Made by a program: the position numbers and the translations under genes. The notes beneath the pieces are model-generated. The model was not told the DNA's origin, did not search any database, and saw nothing but the letters and a program-made list of their open reading frames with translations. DNA of 64,000 nucleotides, taken from positions 118,048,001-118,112,000 of the forward strand of contig NC_043001.1 of assembly GCF_006345805.1 (NCBI RefSeq), given 5' to 3'. The stretch is from Octopus sinensis (taxonomy: Eukaryota). Shown here piece by piece: positions 38,190 to 51,404 of this stretch (position 1 is its first letter; each line of letters opens with the position of its first letter).

Positions 38190-39150
38190 GGCATCTTATG
38201 AGCACAGAATCCATACTAATTAACTTCTTTGATAACAATATCCAGATTGCTTCCTCTATACACAAATCTTAATTCCCACCATACTATCATATGGAAACAT
38301 GGTCCATAGGGCCAACCAGGAGACATTGTAGTTAATTTTCTTTGCAGCTCAATGCCAAATTAGTTTTGCTAAGGAGAACTATGATTTTTGTTTTTATTTC
38401 TGAGGCAGTATGGTTCCTTCATCTATTCTTGCAGCAATCAGTGGTCAAACCCATATATTGGTATACATTATCATGCATTTCGACCAAACGGTTATAGATG
38501 TTTCTGCAGAGGCAGTTATTATCTAAAGGACATGCATCCTTATTTCTGAAGTTGCACATTTTATTGTATGTATTATTGTTGTAATTCTTATCATTATTGT
38601 TATTAATACTGCTCTTACAGTTATTCCTATTATCACTATCATTATTATTATCATTCAACTTGATTCAGGTTTGGTTATTCCTGGTAGAATTTATACTGGT
38701 AACGAGTTACTACTGTAACCTTAGATATGCACATACTTTCAATAATCTTTCGAGTGCTCAAAACTCTTTATTATTATTATTATTTGCATCATCATTGTCA
38801 TATTCTACACCAAGTACATTCAGGAGTTCTGTTTTTGCTACCTAAGGAATTATTTCTGGTATTGCTAACATTAATATCTCATGATTCATTTCCAAGTCAG
38901 CAGATAAATTTTAGGTTATTCCTATTATGGACATTGATTTGGTTATTAGCTTGCTGGTTAAGTTTTCTATTTAATTTGAAAATGTAGTACTCTAAGGTAA
39001 GGAATGTTGTGTAAGAAAGCCTCATTGCATACCTATTAAAGATTTTGTGGTACCTACTAGATTTAGGAAAGTATTTACCTAAAGCCCAGGAAAAAATAGA
39101 AGTGACTCTGGATGATATGTGAAGTCCAAAAATTGGATTATACACAGCTT
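38190..39150 (-). mobile_element. Old Penelope-like GIY-YIG fragment
   Basis: KYFPKSSRYHKIFNR..LSY, and KMCNFRNKDACPLDNNCLCRNIY...YMGLT. Confidence 0.65.
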
Positions 39151-39699
39151 TTTCTTACTTAATTTTTTACTTGGGTAACTAGTATAGTTCATATTAGTTT
39201 TGTCTTCCTGCTTAGTTGGATTTTCATTAAGGTGGGCATTCGTTTTCCTCCAATTGTAATTGTGTGATATATCCTCACAACTTAAGTAGATCCATTCCCT
39301 ATCTATACCATCATCTCTTCTATCATTTTACCTGTACTCACTATGATATATAGTAGATGCCCTAGGTCTATTAAGCACTGTGCAACTGATATTGTTTGTT
39401 ACTACATAGTGAACATTCCCCTCATTAACTCTATTTGCTCTCATTCTTCCATTAAACTTATTATTTTCTAATCATGGAACTAGGCTACAATTTATTGGTT
39501 TGAGATTCTATGAACATGCTACCAGGATAGGGTTAGGGTTTTCTCTCTATTATGGATGTATTTAATGTTTTTATTATATCTGGCTTTAGCCGGTGCTTCA
39601 TTATAGTGGTCCACATTTGACATGAATATACCCTCATTTGCAGATAATCTTGATATCCTAGGAAATGCACCGTTTGCTATAGAGTTTATAACTGCTTTT

Positions 39700-40300
39700 C
39701 TGTATTTGCATGTGCACGCTATTACAAGTCTTCTGTGTCATCCAGAACAGTTGCAGTTAATAAAGATTCATATAACATTCTGCTGCTAGTCAAAGTGTCT
39801 ACTGAAGCAGCTCATGACAGAAATATAGCCTGTTCATGCAATCAAAGATTTACTGAAGGGTCAAGAGGAATATTGCACCACAAGAGTTAAAAAAACATTT
39901 ATTTTTGGAGTGATGGCTATTCTGGTCAATTTAGATCAAGATATTTTTTGATCACTTCCTTTTTAGCCTCCAGATATTAAAATATTTTGGGATCATGGTG
40001 AAACCCACCATTTCAAAGGAGCCTATGATGGAATGCGTGGGAGAGTGAGAAGAAAAGTGTATCAAGATGTTTCATCAAAAAAAGGTAATAACCCAGAATG
40101 CAGAACATTTTATTCAATATGCAAATCAAGTTCATAATGTGTCTGCAATTTATTTATTTGGACAAATCAAAAATCCAAGTACATAATCTAGATGATGCAA
40201 TTGGTGCTAATGGAACATTAAAACCCATCATTAGAAAGAATGGACAATGAAACTGTAGATGTCTATTATAACTATAAGATACCATCAGAGAAAATTGTTA
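39700..40300 (+). mobile_element. DDE/D transposase relic, superfamily uncertain (possibly Sola-like)
   Basis: FIFWSDGYSGQFRSRYF...FWDHGETHHFKGAYDGMRGRVRRKVY resembles the WSDGC..QF / HGKG..DG.GG.VKR motif family. Confidence 0.55.
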
Positions 40301-40739
40301 CAATTCAATAAGCAAGGTTATTCAGGAAATGACGATAACATCACAAACGGCAATAGCAAACAACAAGATTAGTCAATCAAGAAAATCCCAGTTATTGGCA
40401 ATTTAGTCATATCCAAATGTATCCTAGAGAAACCTTCCAAAACACTTCTTTTCACTGGTATTGTACAAGTTAAAAAATCATTTTATATGGTCCAGTTCTT
40501 GAAGAAAGTGGAGAAAAAAAAACCTACTCTGTTAAAGTTGAAGATAAGATAATGTAACTATTGAGGACAACATGTGTTCAATGAGACTTTTACTTACTGC
40601 AATCAAATCATTCAATATACATTATCAAAAAAAGTCTTTTAAAATGTGTTAGCAAAGGAGTGATGTTGAAAATTTTGTTCATTATTTGGCTAGCCAGAGT
40701 GTATATTACCAAGCTTACATTGTTCAAAAGATTGTTACT

Positions 40740-40966
40740 TTAACCCTTTAGCATTCAAACTGGCCATATTTGGCCAGAATATTCTACCTGTTTTATGTCC
40801 AATTTAACTAGATCAAGCTTTTCACACCTACCTGACAATGTCAATCTAGAAATAAACAATCACACCACTGAAATCTCAAAGCAACAAGATAATGTTTAAT
40901 TAATTAAAATAATGTGAATAAATAAATATTACATTTGACAAAGAAATCTGAATGCTAAAGAGTTAA
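40740..40966. mobile_element. piggyBac-like MITE
   Basis: TTAA-CCCTTTAGCATTC ... GAATGCTAAAGAG-TTAA: TIRs with TTAA target site. Confidence 0.85.
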
Positions 40967-41518
40967 AAGAATTTTTACTTAAGATATACAGTAGTTTATT
41001 TTGATATTTTCTGTTACTTGTGCAACTGGGTGAAGTTTCAAGCTCACGAAGCAATACAAGTGTAGAATAAAGTAACTTTCACAACAGCCTGGCAATAACA
41101 AAGGCTTCATATTATGTTTCACTGGAAGCAGTTAATCACCACACAACAGATGCAATTTAGCTAACCTTTTTCTTCATCAATGTACAAACTGCCTAACTAC
41201 AACTTGCCTTCTTAATTGGGTTTATATTAACAAATCTCAGTGAGAAAGGAGTGGGAACTAATATGTAGTAACACAGAAATTACACTATTTAAATAAGATT
41301 TATACTCTAGAATATTATGCTGCAAAAGATATTTTATGCAATCACTTCATTATATCCACTATTTTGTGAAGAGCTTCCTGTTGCATGAAAGCTATTTCAC
41401 ACCATCTTCTAAACAGAAAATAATTCCATCTATAATACAATCTACATTAAGTTTAATAGACAAATCTTGTAAGTGGGAATCTACAAAAACTAAGCTAAGT
41501 GTGCTGGAAAAATCAGTA

Positions 41519-41780
41519 TCTTTATATATAAAAGTGAGGTTATGTGTCTGTCTGTCTCCTACGATTTAGATTCCTAACTACTCCCACATTTTGTGGTGCA
41601 GTTCTATTTACTGGGTATTAGCGCACGTCTATGATGAGTCTACGATTTAAAAAAAAATTTACCATCATTTTTTTCCCATTTTTAATGCATTTTTTTGCTA
41701 TTTTTTGGCTATAACTCTCTAAAAATGCTTATATAGTTATTTCCCTTACAAACCCGAGCAACGCAGGGCGATACTGCTAG
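41519..41780 (+). mobile_element. Non-autonomous Helitron
   Basis: Starts A|TCTTTATATATAAAA; ends with CCCGAGCAACGCAGGGC hairpin and CTAG|T; A-T insertion site. Confidence 0.8.
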
Positions 41781-43224
41781 TTAAGTATAAATCTAGGATA
41801 TATAACTGTTTCTTGTTCATACTTCACAAATCAGGGAGATTTTGTTTGAAACCTGGTGCAGAAATAATGGCTGATTCTCTGATCCATCCTTAATAGTCAA
41901 TTATTCTGCAAAATACACTAAAAAGGAGGGAGGTGGCAATTATTTTGCAACCCACATTTTAAAGTCCTCATGTAAGGTTTTTATTGCATTTAGTATTTGG
42001 TCCAGGTAGAGTGAGAGTACAAAGAATTCTTCACACATGTCTTCTGGTTTCTGTCTGTAACAAAATCATGTTTTTCTATATTCCTCATATACACACATAC
42101 ATATATATATAGTTCAAATTTACAAAACAACAAAAGACGAAGACAGGTGTAGGAACAACAAAGCAGGTGTATTACTTTAACACACACGAAAAATGGAAAA
42201 GTCTTTTACGTTTTGAGCCTATGCTCTTCAGCAGAAAGAAATAAGGGACAATGGAGAGAGAATGGAAAAAACACAAACACACACATACATATATGTACAC
42301 TTAATACAAATAAATATATACATTTTAGCTCTCTTTTTTATCTTCTTTCTTCTCTTCTCACTTTTTTTTGGAATCTTCTCTACTCCAAAGGACTAGGCCG
42401 AGCACATAATACAATTTACTATTCCCATGATTCCTTGAGCACCAAATTAATAATATTGATTGTGAACATCTCCTGTACTTTCCTATTATCACATGCTCAC
42501 ATGGACCTTCAATATTTATTAAAATTTATTTGAGTACATTTATTCTCAGAGTACCTAAACCATGGATACCATTGGTTTACCATCTAGGATTACATCAGAT
42601 CTTCACCCTTAACTGTTGATCACAATTTTTCCTCAACACATCTGTCATCTTTCTTTTTCCTCTAGTCTTGTTCCTTACTTCCATTTCGCTACTATACTCC
42701 TCTTAACCGTTTCACACCATCACCATGCCAGACCTTCAGTTTTCCTCAAGACTCACTCGATACTTCTCCATCTTCCAACACCATTGCTTGGAGACCTCAA
42801 GACACCTCTCACAACTGTTCTTTAGAAAATACCTGCTAGTCCAACCATATTTCCTTTCTAAGTCACTGTCTTCCCACCAACTTATCTCCTTGTAGATTCC
42901 ACTTAAAGTTCAATACTACCCTGTACTCTTCCTGTGAGAGGCATTGTGTGAGCATGTATATGTGAGTGAGTTTAGTCCCATTATTGGACACATTAGGCAA
43001 AGGTCTTCTATTATAGGGCCATCCAAAGACATGAGTGGATTTGGTAAACCAAAACTGAAAGGGGCCCATTGTATGTGGCATTAGGAAGGGCATCCAGCCA
43101 TAGAAACCATGTCAAATCAGACTGGAGTCTGATGCAGCTCCCCAGCTCTCGTTAAACCATCCAACATGTGGCAGACCTGAACAACATACATTAAATGATG
43201 ATAATGATGATTATATATATAATA

Positions 43225-43372
43225 GAGTGGTTGGCATTAGGAAGGGCATCCAGCTGTAGAAACACTGCCAGATCAGACTGGGCCTGGTGCAGCCTCCTGG
43301 CTTCCCAGATCCCAGTCAAACCGTCCAAGCCATACTAGCATGGAAAGTGGACATTAAACGATGATGATGATA
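43225..43372 (+). mobile_element. RTE 3'-tail copy
   Basis: GAGTGGTTGGCATTAGGAAGGGCATCC...AAACGATGATGATG; an older copy lies just upstream (43070-43210). Confidence 0.75.
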
Positions 43373-43821
43373 TATATATATAAACAAAAAATAGGTGAAA
43401 ATGTATAAAAACATTAAGAGAATTATTGTAATCTTTTAAGACAGATTACAATAATTTTCTTAATGTTATGGTCCATTTTCACCTATTTTTTGTTTAAATT
43501 ACACTACATGTACAGAAACTTCTAACCATTTTACACAATACACACACATATATGTTAGTGTGTGAGAGAGGGTGTTAGTGTCTCCCTGTTGTGATCGAGT
43601 GAAGGTTGTAAATGAACATCATTATCAGACAATGTCCTACATTTTTAATCTTCCATGAAAGCCTGACCAGCCATGAGGAAATATTACTTTACATGGAAGA
43701 AAGTAAAGGATGGTGAGAGGAAGGTATCTGGCTGTAGAAAATCTGCTTCAATAAACTCTGTCCAACCCATGCAATTATGGAAAAGTGGATGTTAAAATGA
43801 TAATAATGTGTGTGTGTGAGT

Positions 43822-44633
43822 GAGTGGTTTGATCAATAAGTATCCAAAATGTTGCTATAGTAACAAAGCTAAAGCATGGAGAATAAACCCACTTGATACA
43901 GATTGACTTTGAATACTGCTGTGCATGTGCACTAAGTTTTACCCTTCTATCTCACTTCCGCTGTTTACAGCAATGCTTGGAAGGAAGGTGTGTAGCATGA
44001 GATCATCGCATTGACAATGAAAGAAAAAGTTCAGCAGAGAATCTGCATCAAATTTTACCAAAAGCTTAGTGATACCTCCTCACAATCAGTGAGGTCTTGT
44101 GCAACTGAAACCCAAGCGTCTTTTTGGTCAGCTAAAAGCAGTTTTGGTACAAACTTGGCAGACGCACACCTCATATCAAAATCTTCACTGATAATGGATT
44201 GAACTGAACCATAACTAATCTGTACAACCTCTGATAACTCACAGATGGTAATTTGACAATTTCCCCTCACAGCTACAAGCACACCTGCAATGTTTCTCTC
44301 AGTTCTGTCAATATTGACATTTTTTCAGCCATCATGGAAATGTCTGAATCATTCGCACACTTGTGTGCAGCTCATACACTTTCTCCATACACTTTCTGCA
44401 ATTTTGTATAGGCCTCGGAGCAGGTATCGTCATGACAACTTCCTCTTTTATGGTCACGCTACACACCTTCCTTCTAAGCACTGCTGTAAACAGTGGAAGT
44501 GAGCTAGAATGTTAAAACTTGGTGCGCATGAATAGCAGACTTCAAGGTCAATCTGTGTCGTGTGGCTTCACTCTGCATGCTTTAGCTTTGTTACTATGGC
44601 AACAGTCCGGATACTTATTGACCAGACCTCATA
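43822..44633. mobile_element. mariner-derived inverted element built from two 5' ends
   Basis: About 200-bp inverted arms (TCAATAAGTATCC...GGAAGGAAGGTGTGTAGC); left arm runs into MKEKVQQRICIKF, right arm into the N-terminal transposase down to ASAKFVPKLL. Confidence 0.8.
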
Positions 44634-44639
44634 TATACA

Positions 44640-45790
44640 TATGGTGGTCACTGAAGAAGGTAGAAGTCGACAGGTGGTTGATGAGAGCCATTCAAGTTAT
44701 GTCCATGAGTGTTGTCACTAAGGTGAGAATTAGCAAAGAATACAACAAATTTAGTGTGCAGGCAGGAGTTCCCCAGGATTCAGTTCTCAATCCTCTCCAA
44801 TCCATCTTCGTCTTTCAGGCCATAAAAGAGGAGTTTAGGACCAGTTGCTATTGGGAACTCCTCTATGCTGATGACCTTGTTCTTACAGCAGAATCTATAG
44901 TTGACTTAGAAAAAATTCCAGATGTAGAAGCAAAACATGGAATCAAAGGTCTTAAACTTTCAAAGACCAAAATTCTAGTAAGCAGAAAAACTGACAGGAA
45001 ACTACTCCCTACAAATCAGACAGGGAAACTATTCCTGGTATGTAGAAAAGTGTAGGTAGAAACTGCATGGTTACCCAGTACATCTATAGACACAGGTAAA
45101 CTAGGAGAGAAAGTAACCTTTGTATGTAGCAGATGAGCAGGTGCAAGAAACACTTACAGCTCATGAAAATTGATTTCTTCAAATGCCTGTAAAGATCCCT
45201 AGAGGTAGTAGTTTCTGTTACCTAAGGAAGCTAATTAGCAGTAGAGGAGAGTGTTCTGAAAGTATAGATGCTAGAATAAGAATAGGAAGGAGAAAGTTCA
45301 GAGTTATTACTTCTGTTGATAACAAACAGCTTCTCAAAGCAAAGTGCATATTGTTCGATACTTCCATACAAACAACCGTGCTAAATAGTAGTGAGATGTG
45401 GACCATGAATGCAAAAGACACATAACTAGAAAGTAATGAAGCTAGTGTTCTCCACCGAAAGTGTAATATCAGTGTGCATGTACAACACACTGCAAAAGCA
45501 TTGAGTAGAAAATTGGGCGTAAGAGGAATCAGATGTAGTGTGCAAGAGAGAGAAGACTGCACTAGTAAGACCATATGTGTATGGGTGAGGACACCTGCAT
45601 AAAGTTATACTAACTGCTGTAGATTAAACTTGTAGAGGGCTGTCCAAGAAAAGACAGGACAAAGTAGTGAAGACTGACCTCAGGACATTGAGTCTCACAG
45701 GAGAGATGACAAAAGACCAAGATGTTTCCTTGTACTCAAGATCTGGCCACCTGAGCAAAAACCAGACACCGAAAGTGTATTGTTTATGTT
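44640..45790 (+). mobile_element. Old RTE RT fragment
   Basis: GVPQDSVLNPL, WELLYADDLVL, LNSSEMW; homologous to 26800-27950. Confidence 0.8.
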
Positions 45791-47317
45791 TATGCCTCTG
45801 TACCCACTTTGTTCCTGTTGTGCCTTCCGTATATGTCTCCCTAAGAACCATCTAACCACAGAACTATTCATTCAGCTGCTATGATTATGAGAACTTACAT
45901 TCCATTCCCATTTCTGCTACAAGTTATCTCTTCTCTTCTTGCAACCATTTCCTTTCTGCTAAGCAGCCAGCATTCTCAGTACCATCCTTTTACTCTTTCC
46001 CACTGACCACCCATTTCCCTTGAGTTGCATCTTTCTCTTTTCTCTTATATTCACCTTATACTATCATCTTTTTCTCTCTTTCCAGCTGGAGTAGCCATGT
46101 ATCTCCTCTACAGGAAGATAACTGTTACGGTCCCTCCATCATATTTTATTAATCAACGCCTGGCACACACCCTCATCCCTCTCTACAACACCGTCGTCTT
46201 AGTTAACTCTTACAAGTTTCTTGGTGACTTCACAGGTGCCCAGTATCACAGAAGAACCACCCAAAACATTTCGTAAAGTAGTTAGCGTTAAGAAGAGAAT
46301 CCTATTGTAGAAATCATGCCAAAGCAAACTTTGGAGTTCGACTTATAACTGGCTCGTCAGATCATGTCGAACCATTCATCTTATGCCAGCATGAAAGATG
46401 GACGTTAAATAATGACTATATATAGTGTCATAAACCAGTTGAAAGACGGATTTTATTCAAACTTTATTCTGCTCACCGTCTAATCCGTTAGTCACCGGTA
46501 TCCAACGATTATGACACATTGTTTTACATTAGATAAAGACAGTGTTCATCTACCAACGACATTCGACACTATGCCACACTTTCGTACTCAATACAAAAGA
46601 AGATATCTATATTTCTATCTATTATTTACTATTGTAGAAAGGAATTAATGATAGGTTATAATTCATAACTATGTATATAATATATATTAATAGTATTTGT
46701 TTATACAGCATTTATTTAAATAATATATATACACACACATACAATAATTAGAGAAGGGGAGAGATGTGTAGTTATTGTTTTATATAGAGAGAGAATGCTT
46801 CTATGGTGTTTTATATGTGAGAGAGAAGCGAGAGAAGATGCATATTCATTGTTTATAGATAATGTCGAAAGAAAGAATTTTGCGAAAGATAGACCAAAGC
46901 TTAGAAAATTTTTTTAGATTCCTTGAGATGCTACGAAGCATAAATGGGGGCGTTTGCAGACTTCGGTATTCTCCGACGAAACGATTTAGCTTTAAACAAA
47001 GAAATATGTATTGTATTTCGAGATGGTTGCCAAATAAACTGACGCAGTGCATGAGTTTATTTAGTTTATTTAGAAAGACAAAAACGACCATTCCGAAAGA
47101 TATAAATTTGTCTGTTTTAACACAGGATTTCACATCAGGAATCTTACAGAACAAATTCATAAACATAAATTTTAAGATGACTGGGATTAGGGTTGGGTTT
47201 AGTGTTACTGTTAAGGTTTAGGGTTAGTTTAGTGGTTTTTGTTAGGTCGATAAGTGCAGAGGGGAATTATTTAGGTAAACCAAACAATGAGAGAAAGAAT
47301 ACAATCATAATACTTAC

Positions 47318-47466
47318 AAGTTGATGGTTCTTTCGAGAGTAATTGAGGAAGGAGAGAGCGTTATGTTTCCATATTTCGCTGAACCATGTTGCGAACCACT
47401 CACGCCGCCAGCCTTCGGCCAACCAGACCTGGGGTACGTCGGCATTTTAGGAGTTTGATGAGCCAT
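47318..47466 (-). CDS. NUDT21: CFIm25 coding exon 1
   Basis: ATG at 47466; MAHQTPKMPTYPRSGWPKAGGVSGSQHGSAKYGNITLSPSSITLERTIN(L); donor TT|gtaagt; the GWP and TLERTINL motifs are conserved in CFIm25; phase 2 matches exon 2. Confidence 0.95.
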
Positions 47467-47720
47467 GGGCTATCACCTTCGCTTTCCCTTGAACTTGCGC
47501 TTACAAAGTTAGATGCGAAATAAATCTTGTGTTCTAAGGAGTTTATTGCATCATAATAATAGGTTAGTAAATTTACAATTTAAAAGAATATCGCATTCAA
47601 CCTCGCACACCGTCCATTTTCCCACATTTTCAACGTTAGCAATGATTATCTCCCTTAACATTTAAATAAACCGGATGTTGCGAAGCGGTTATTACAAAAC
47701 TAGGATTCAAAATTAATATT
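47467..47720 (-). promoter_or_regulatory. Probable NUDT21 5' UTR and core promoter
   Basis: Visibly CpG-retaining relative to the introns (not computed); ETS-like CCGGATGT at 47671-47678; YY1-like AAAATGGACGG on the minus strand. Confidence 0.5.
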
Positions 47721-48155
47721 GTAAGTGCTCCATGGCATAAATTACATAAATAATTACTTTCAAACTGACTGAGGAGTCAGCTGTGATTAATGTGTCTATA
47801 ACTAAGGACAAATAAATATTCTTTCAAATGGGAAAACAATTAATCAAGTAGTATAATCCATCCTTCAAAGTTTTATAAATGCCGAATCGAAATGCTTCTT
47901 TCTTCACTCGTCGTTTCACCTACAACCTAATCGTTAATTGAAAAAAATCAAATTCTATCAAAAATGTCTGAACATCAGATTTAACCAATGTTCTAATGGG
48001 GATGCGAATTTGTTTATCTATGCACTTTCAAATCACTTCGACTGAAATACAACCATGATAAACAAAAGGGAAAATAATATCAAACCCACTACTATATTTA
48101 AAATAAAATGAAAAAATCATTTATAACAGAACTATTGTTTTATGTTACAAAAATA

Positions 48156-48161
48156 TTTATT
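48156..48161 (-). terminator. Candidate TYW3 polyadenylation signal AATAAA
   Basis: TTTATT on the plus strand, 13 nt after the TYW3 stop; a second one at 47542-47547. Confidence 0.4.
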
Positions 48162-48173
48162 ACTATAAAATAA

Positions 48174-48228
48174 TCAAATGTGAGATCCAGAACTTTTAAG
48201 GTTTGCTTCTTGTAGGTTCTCAAATAAC
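48174..48228 (-). CDS. TYW3: tRNA wybutosine-synthesizing protein 3, last coding exon
   Basis: ttttattttcgttttcag|G TTA TTT GAG...ATT TGA; (R)LFENLQEANLKSSGSHI*; strong acceptor, phase 2 fits, weak similarity to RFYNCLQHAL. Confidence 0.75.
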
Positions 48229-48562
48229 CTGAAAACGAAAATAAAAGATTACGTCAGTTACGATATATTAAATAATAGATACGTACTTCTGTTGCTGATC
48301 GACACAGTGGAGAATAGTTTTTAGGACCATTGGTTTACTTATCACATGCCCTACATTGAAATTCTACAGTACTATAACTGATTTCATTGTAATATATAAT
48401 AAAACAGAAGTAAAGTTTAAATATTAAGCTTTTATTTTAACAGTCAGTCAAAGGCCTTGGGTTGCTGGCGCACCGGGTAAGCTGAACGTCGGCGTATACA
48501 AACTGACGGTCGTAGAAATTTCCTTGTCTTTGTCACGCTCTCTTTGGTGCACATAGCACTCC

Positions 48563-49261
48563 GGGCAGCGAAATTTTCTTTCCCACGAGAGTTCCGGACC
48601 CAAGTAATGAACTCATTTGCATACAGCCAATCAAAGCTCTACCAAGTAAACTCAAGACAAAGGACGGTTTTTGAAGTCGACCAATCGCCAAGTTATGCTA
48701 GATTTTTAGAAGGGGACAAATAATTTGATAGATTTGCATCAATATCTATTATCGGATTTTGATAGGGCCCCATATGGTAAAGATGTGGATGGGAAAATTG
48801 TGGGTAGAGGGTGATGCACTAGCAACCCTCTCTCCCTTACTGTTTTACAAAGTAAACAACAACTCAAATAACTACGCAGAACCAGCTATGTTTGTTGTTC
48901 TTGTTCTTGTTTCAATCATAGCTGCTTCTGCATAGTTATTTGTGTTGTTGTTTACTTTGTAAAACAGTAAGGGGTGAGGGTTGCTAGCACATCACCCTCT
49001 ACCCACATCTTTCCCATATGGGGCCCTAACAAAATCCGATAATAGGTATAGATGTAAATCTACCTAATAACTTGTCTCCTTCTAAAATCAGGCATAACTT
49101 GGCGGTCGGTTGACTTCAAACACCATTCTTTGTCTTGAGTTTACTTGGTAGTGTGTTTGTTAACTTGACAACAAGGTCAAGGTGAGCTCTGATTGGCTGT
49201 ATGCAAATGAGTTCATTAATGGGGCCCGGAACTCTCGTAGGAAAAAAAATTTCGCAAGCCC
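48563..49261. mobile_element. ~700-bp foldback (long-TIR MITE-like palindrome)
   Basis: Arms of ~330 bp pair around a ~19-nt loop (48894-48912) with a few indels; no TSD found. Confidence 0.85.
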
Positions 49262-50316
49262 ACCTTGGTCAGAGATATAAAAGCAGAAATTTTTCTTTCT
49301 TTTTTTTTCTGTCTCCTAAACTGGTGGGAGGAAGATATGGTCATAGTACAGACCTAGTTTGAGTACTGGCAAGCAATTGGTCTGAAAGGGGCACCAGACT
49401 AAGTACAATCCAATTACAAAAAATCTCCAACAAACATTCACATACTTTCTATCAACCACATTTAACTCATACGACTTTGCTTGACCTGAAGCACTAGAAG
49501 TGCCCTTCCCCCAAGATTCCACACTTAGGGGAGTGAACATCTTAACAATCATTAGTTGCAATGTGAACATCTTAAACAATAAGTTATACCTGTGCCCTTG
49601 TTGGTGTTATTTTCCAAGCAAGTACATTTAAAATACCACTAAACTTTCATTTAACTACCAATAGCCCAAAAAGAAAATGAAGAGATGCAATCATATCCAG
49701 CCATGCAATATTCGAGGACAGTTTCAAAAATCAAAAAGCCAAACTATCCCCTTAGCAGAAAATAGATTTTATAAAATAAGAAAAAATATTTCAGGGAAAT
49801 GGATGTGAATAGAAAATAGAAATATGAATAATTTCAAAGTTGACGATGTGAAGATACTGACTTGGTTGGGAATAGAAGTAGTGAGGGTGTTTCTCTGTAA
49901 TAACTCCACCTCACTTGCACAATGCAATAGTCAACCAACTAAAACAGGGGCCTCAACAATTGTATCTGCTACAACTGTTGCAATCAAGTGTCCAATTTGG
50001 GGGTTACTTAAAGAAACATTCATTACAAGGAAAGGGATGAGCTAGGGAACACCTGGGGGGGAAAGTATAGAATCAAAGAGGCATTTAATCAAAAAACATT
50101 TTAGTAAACTGACATGGTTGCTACTGCTATAGTGGTGAAGATATGCAACACATTGTAGATTTGCATAATCAAAAGTGCTGAGATGTTATGATAATTAAGC
50201 AGCACTTAGTTACCATAGCATTCCAAATATTAACCTCAGTACTGTTATTAATCATGTAATGATAATTTCTGGTAGAAGAAAAACAAGGAAAACATGGAGA
50301 GTAATGGTGAGGTTAG

Positions 50317-51216
50317 TTAGTTAGTGAGTTAGTTAATTTGGCTCAAAAGCAAATAGCAAGGCCATGTAGGGGGACATGGAGTTAAGTACAGGGTGGTGTT
50401 CATGTAAAGAGTTCAGGCCACTTGAGGTCCAGGGAGGCTTTGAACAAAGCGGTCGTCGGCATCTTCACCATCTCGTCTGGCAGCTTGTTCCACGGATCCG
50501 CAACCCGGACGGAGAAAGCTCCTCTCCTTCGATTGAGATGAAATCGTCGCAGGTAGAGCTTTTCGGAATGACCCCGCAGCCGACGCTCCGGAGCAGGAGT
50601 GAAGAACAGCTCTTTCGAGAGGTTACACTTCCCGCTTATGATGTTGTGGGCGAGAATGAGATCACCACGGCGGCGGCGTTTTTCAAGAGAATAAAGGTCG
50701 AGCGTCCTCAGCCTTTCTTCGTAGGACAAATTTTTGAGACCATGAACCATGCAGGTAGCCAGCCTCTGGACTCTTTCGAGATGCTGTATGTCTTTGAGGA
50801 GATAAGGAGAAGAGGCTTGAATCCCATACTCCAATATGGGTCTCACCAGCGTGACATAGAGTGGTAGGAATATGGCTGCTGTGAGCATTCCGAATGACCG
50901 TCGAATCAAAAACAGAATTCCGCATGCTTTGTTGGCAGCATGGATGCACTGGGCCGAAGGCGAAAAGGAGGAATCCACCAAGATACCCAGGTCCTTTACC
51001 TGATCGGTCCTCTCCAGCAGCAGACGACCCGGCTCGAAATCAAGTTGAGTTGCAGGAGTAGAGCCGACAGGCAGATGACAGCACTTTGACACGTTCAGAC
51101 ACAGGTCCCAATCGTTAGACCACTTCCAAATTTGGTGGAGGCTTCGACGAAGATCCTCTATACTACCACGAGGAGCGACCAGTTTGATATCGTCGGCAAA
51201 TAGAAGGGTGTGTTGC
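50317..51216 (-). mobile_element. Young 5'-truncated CR1/Jockey-group LINE with TSD
   Basis: Open frame from LLFADDIKL to stop; (TAAC)n tail; GTGAGGTTAG duplicated at 50307-50316 and 51217-51226. Confidence 0.92.
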
Positions 51217-51404
51217 GTGAGGTTAGATCTTAGGATGTTGGGCCTCGTAGATAAGATGATGCAGGTTTGCAATAAAAGGCTATTGTACTGTAGGAATTCA
51301 GCATAAAGTTAGTTAACCGAATTAAAAAATAGACACCACTCAAAATGTTTTCAATTATAAAATAATACAGCAACAACAACAAAAAAACACTTGCTCCAAT
51401 CATC

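Noticed and set aside
42195-42235. Minus-strand CTGAAGAGCATAGGCTCAAAACGTA hammerhead-like motif
   Set aside because: GAAA is mutated and stem II cannot form without borrowing core bases; at best a decayed Penelope remnant.
46862-47221. 119-aa plus-strand ORF antisense to NUDT21 intron 1
   Set aside because: No recognisable domain or splice context; length is within chance expectation.
47185-47235. Telomere-like TTAGGG repeats (also ~24868, ~39530)
   Set aside because: Only two or three degenerate units; no array.
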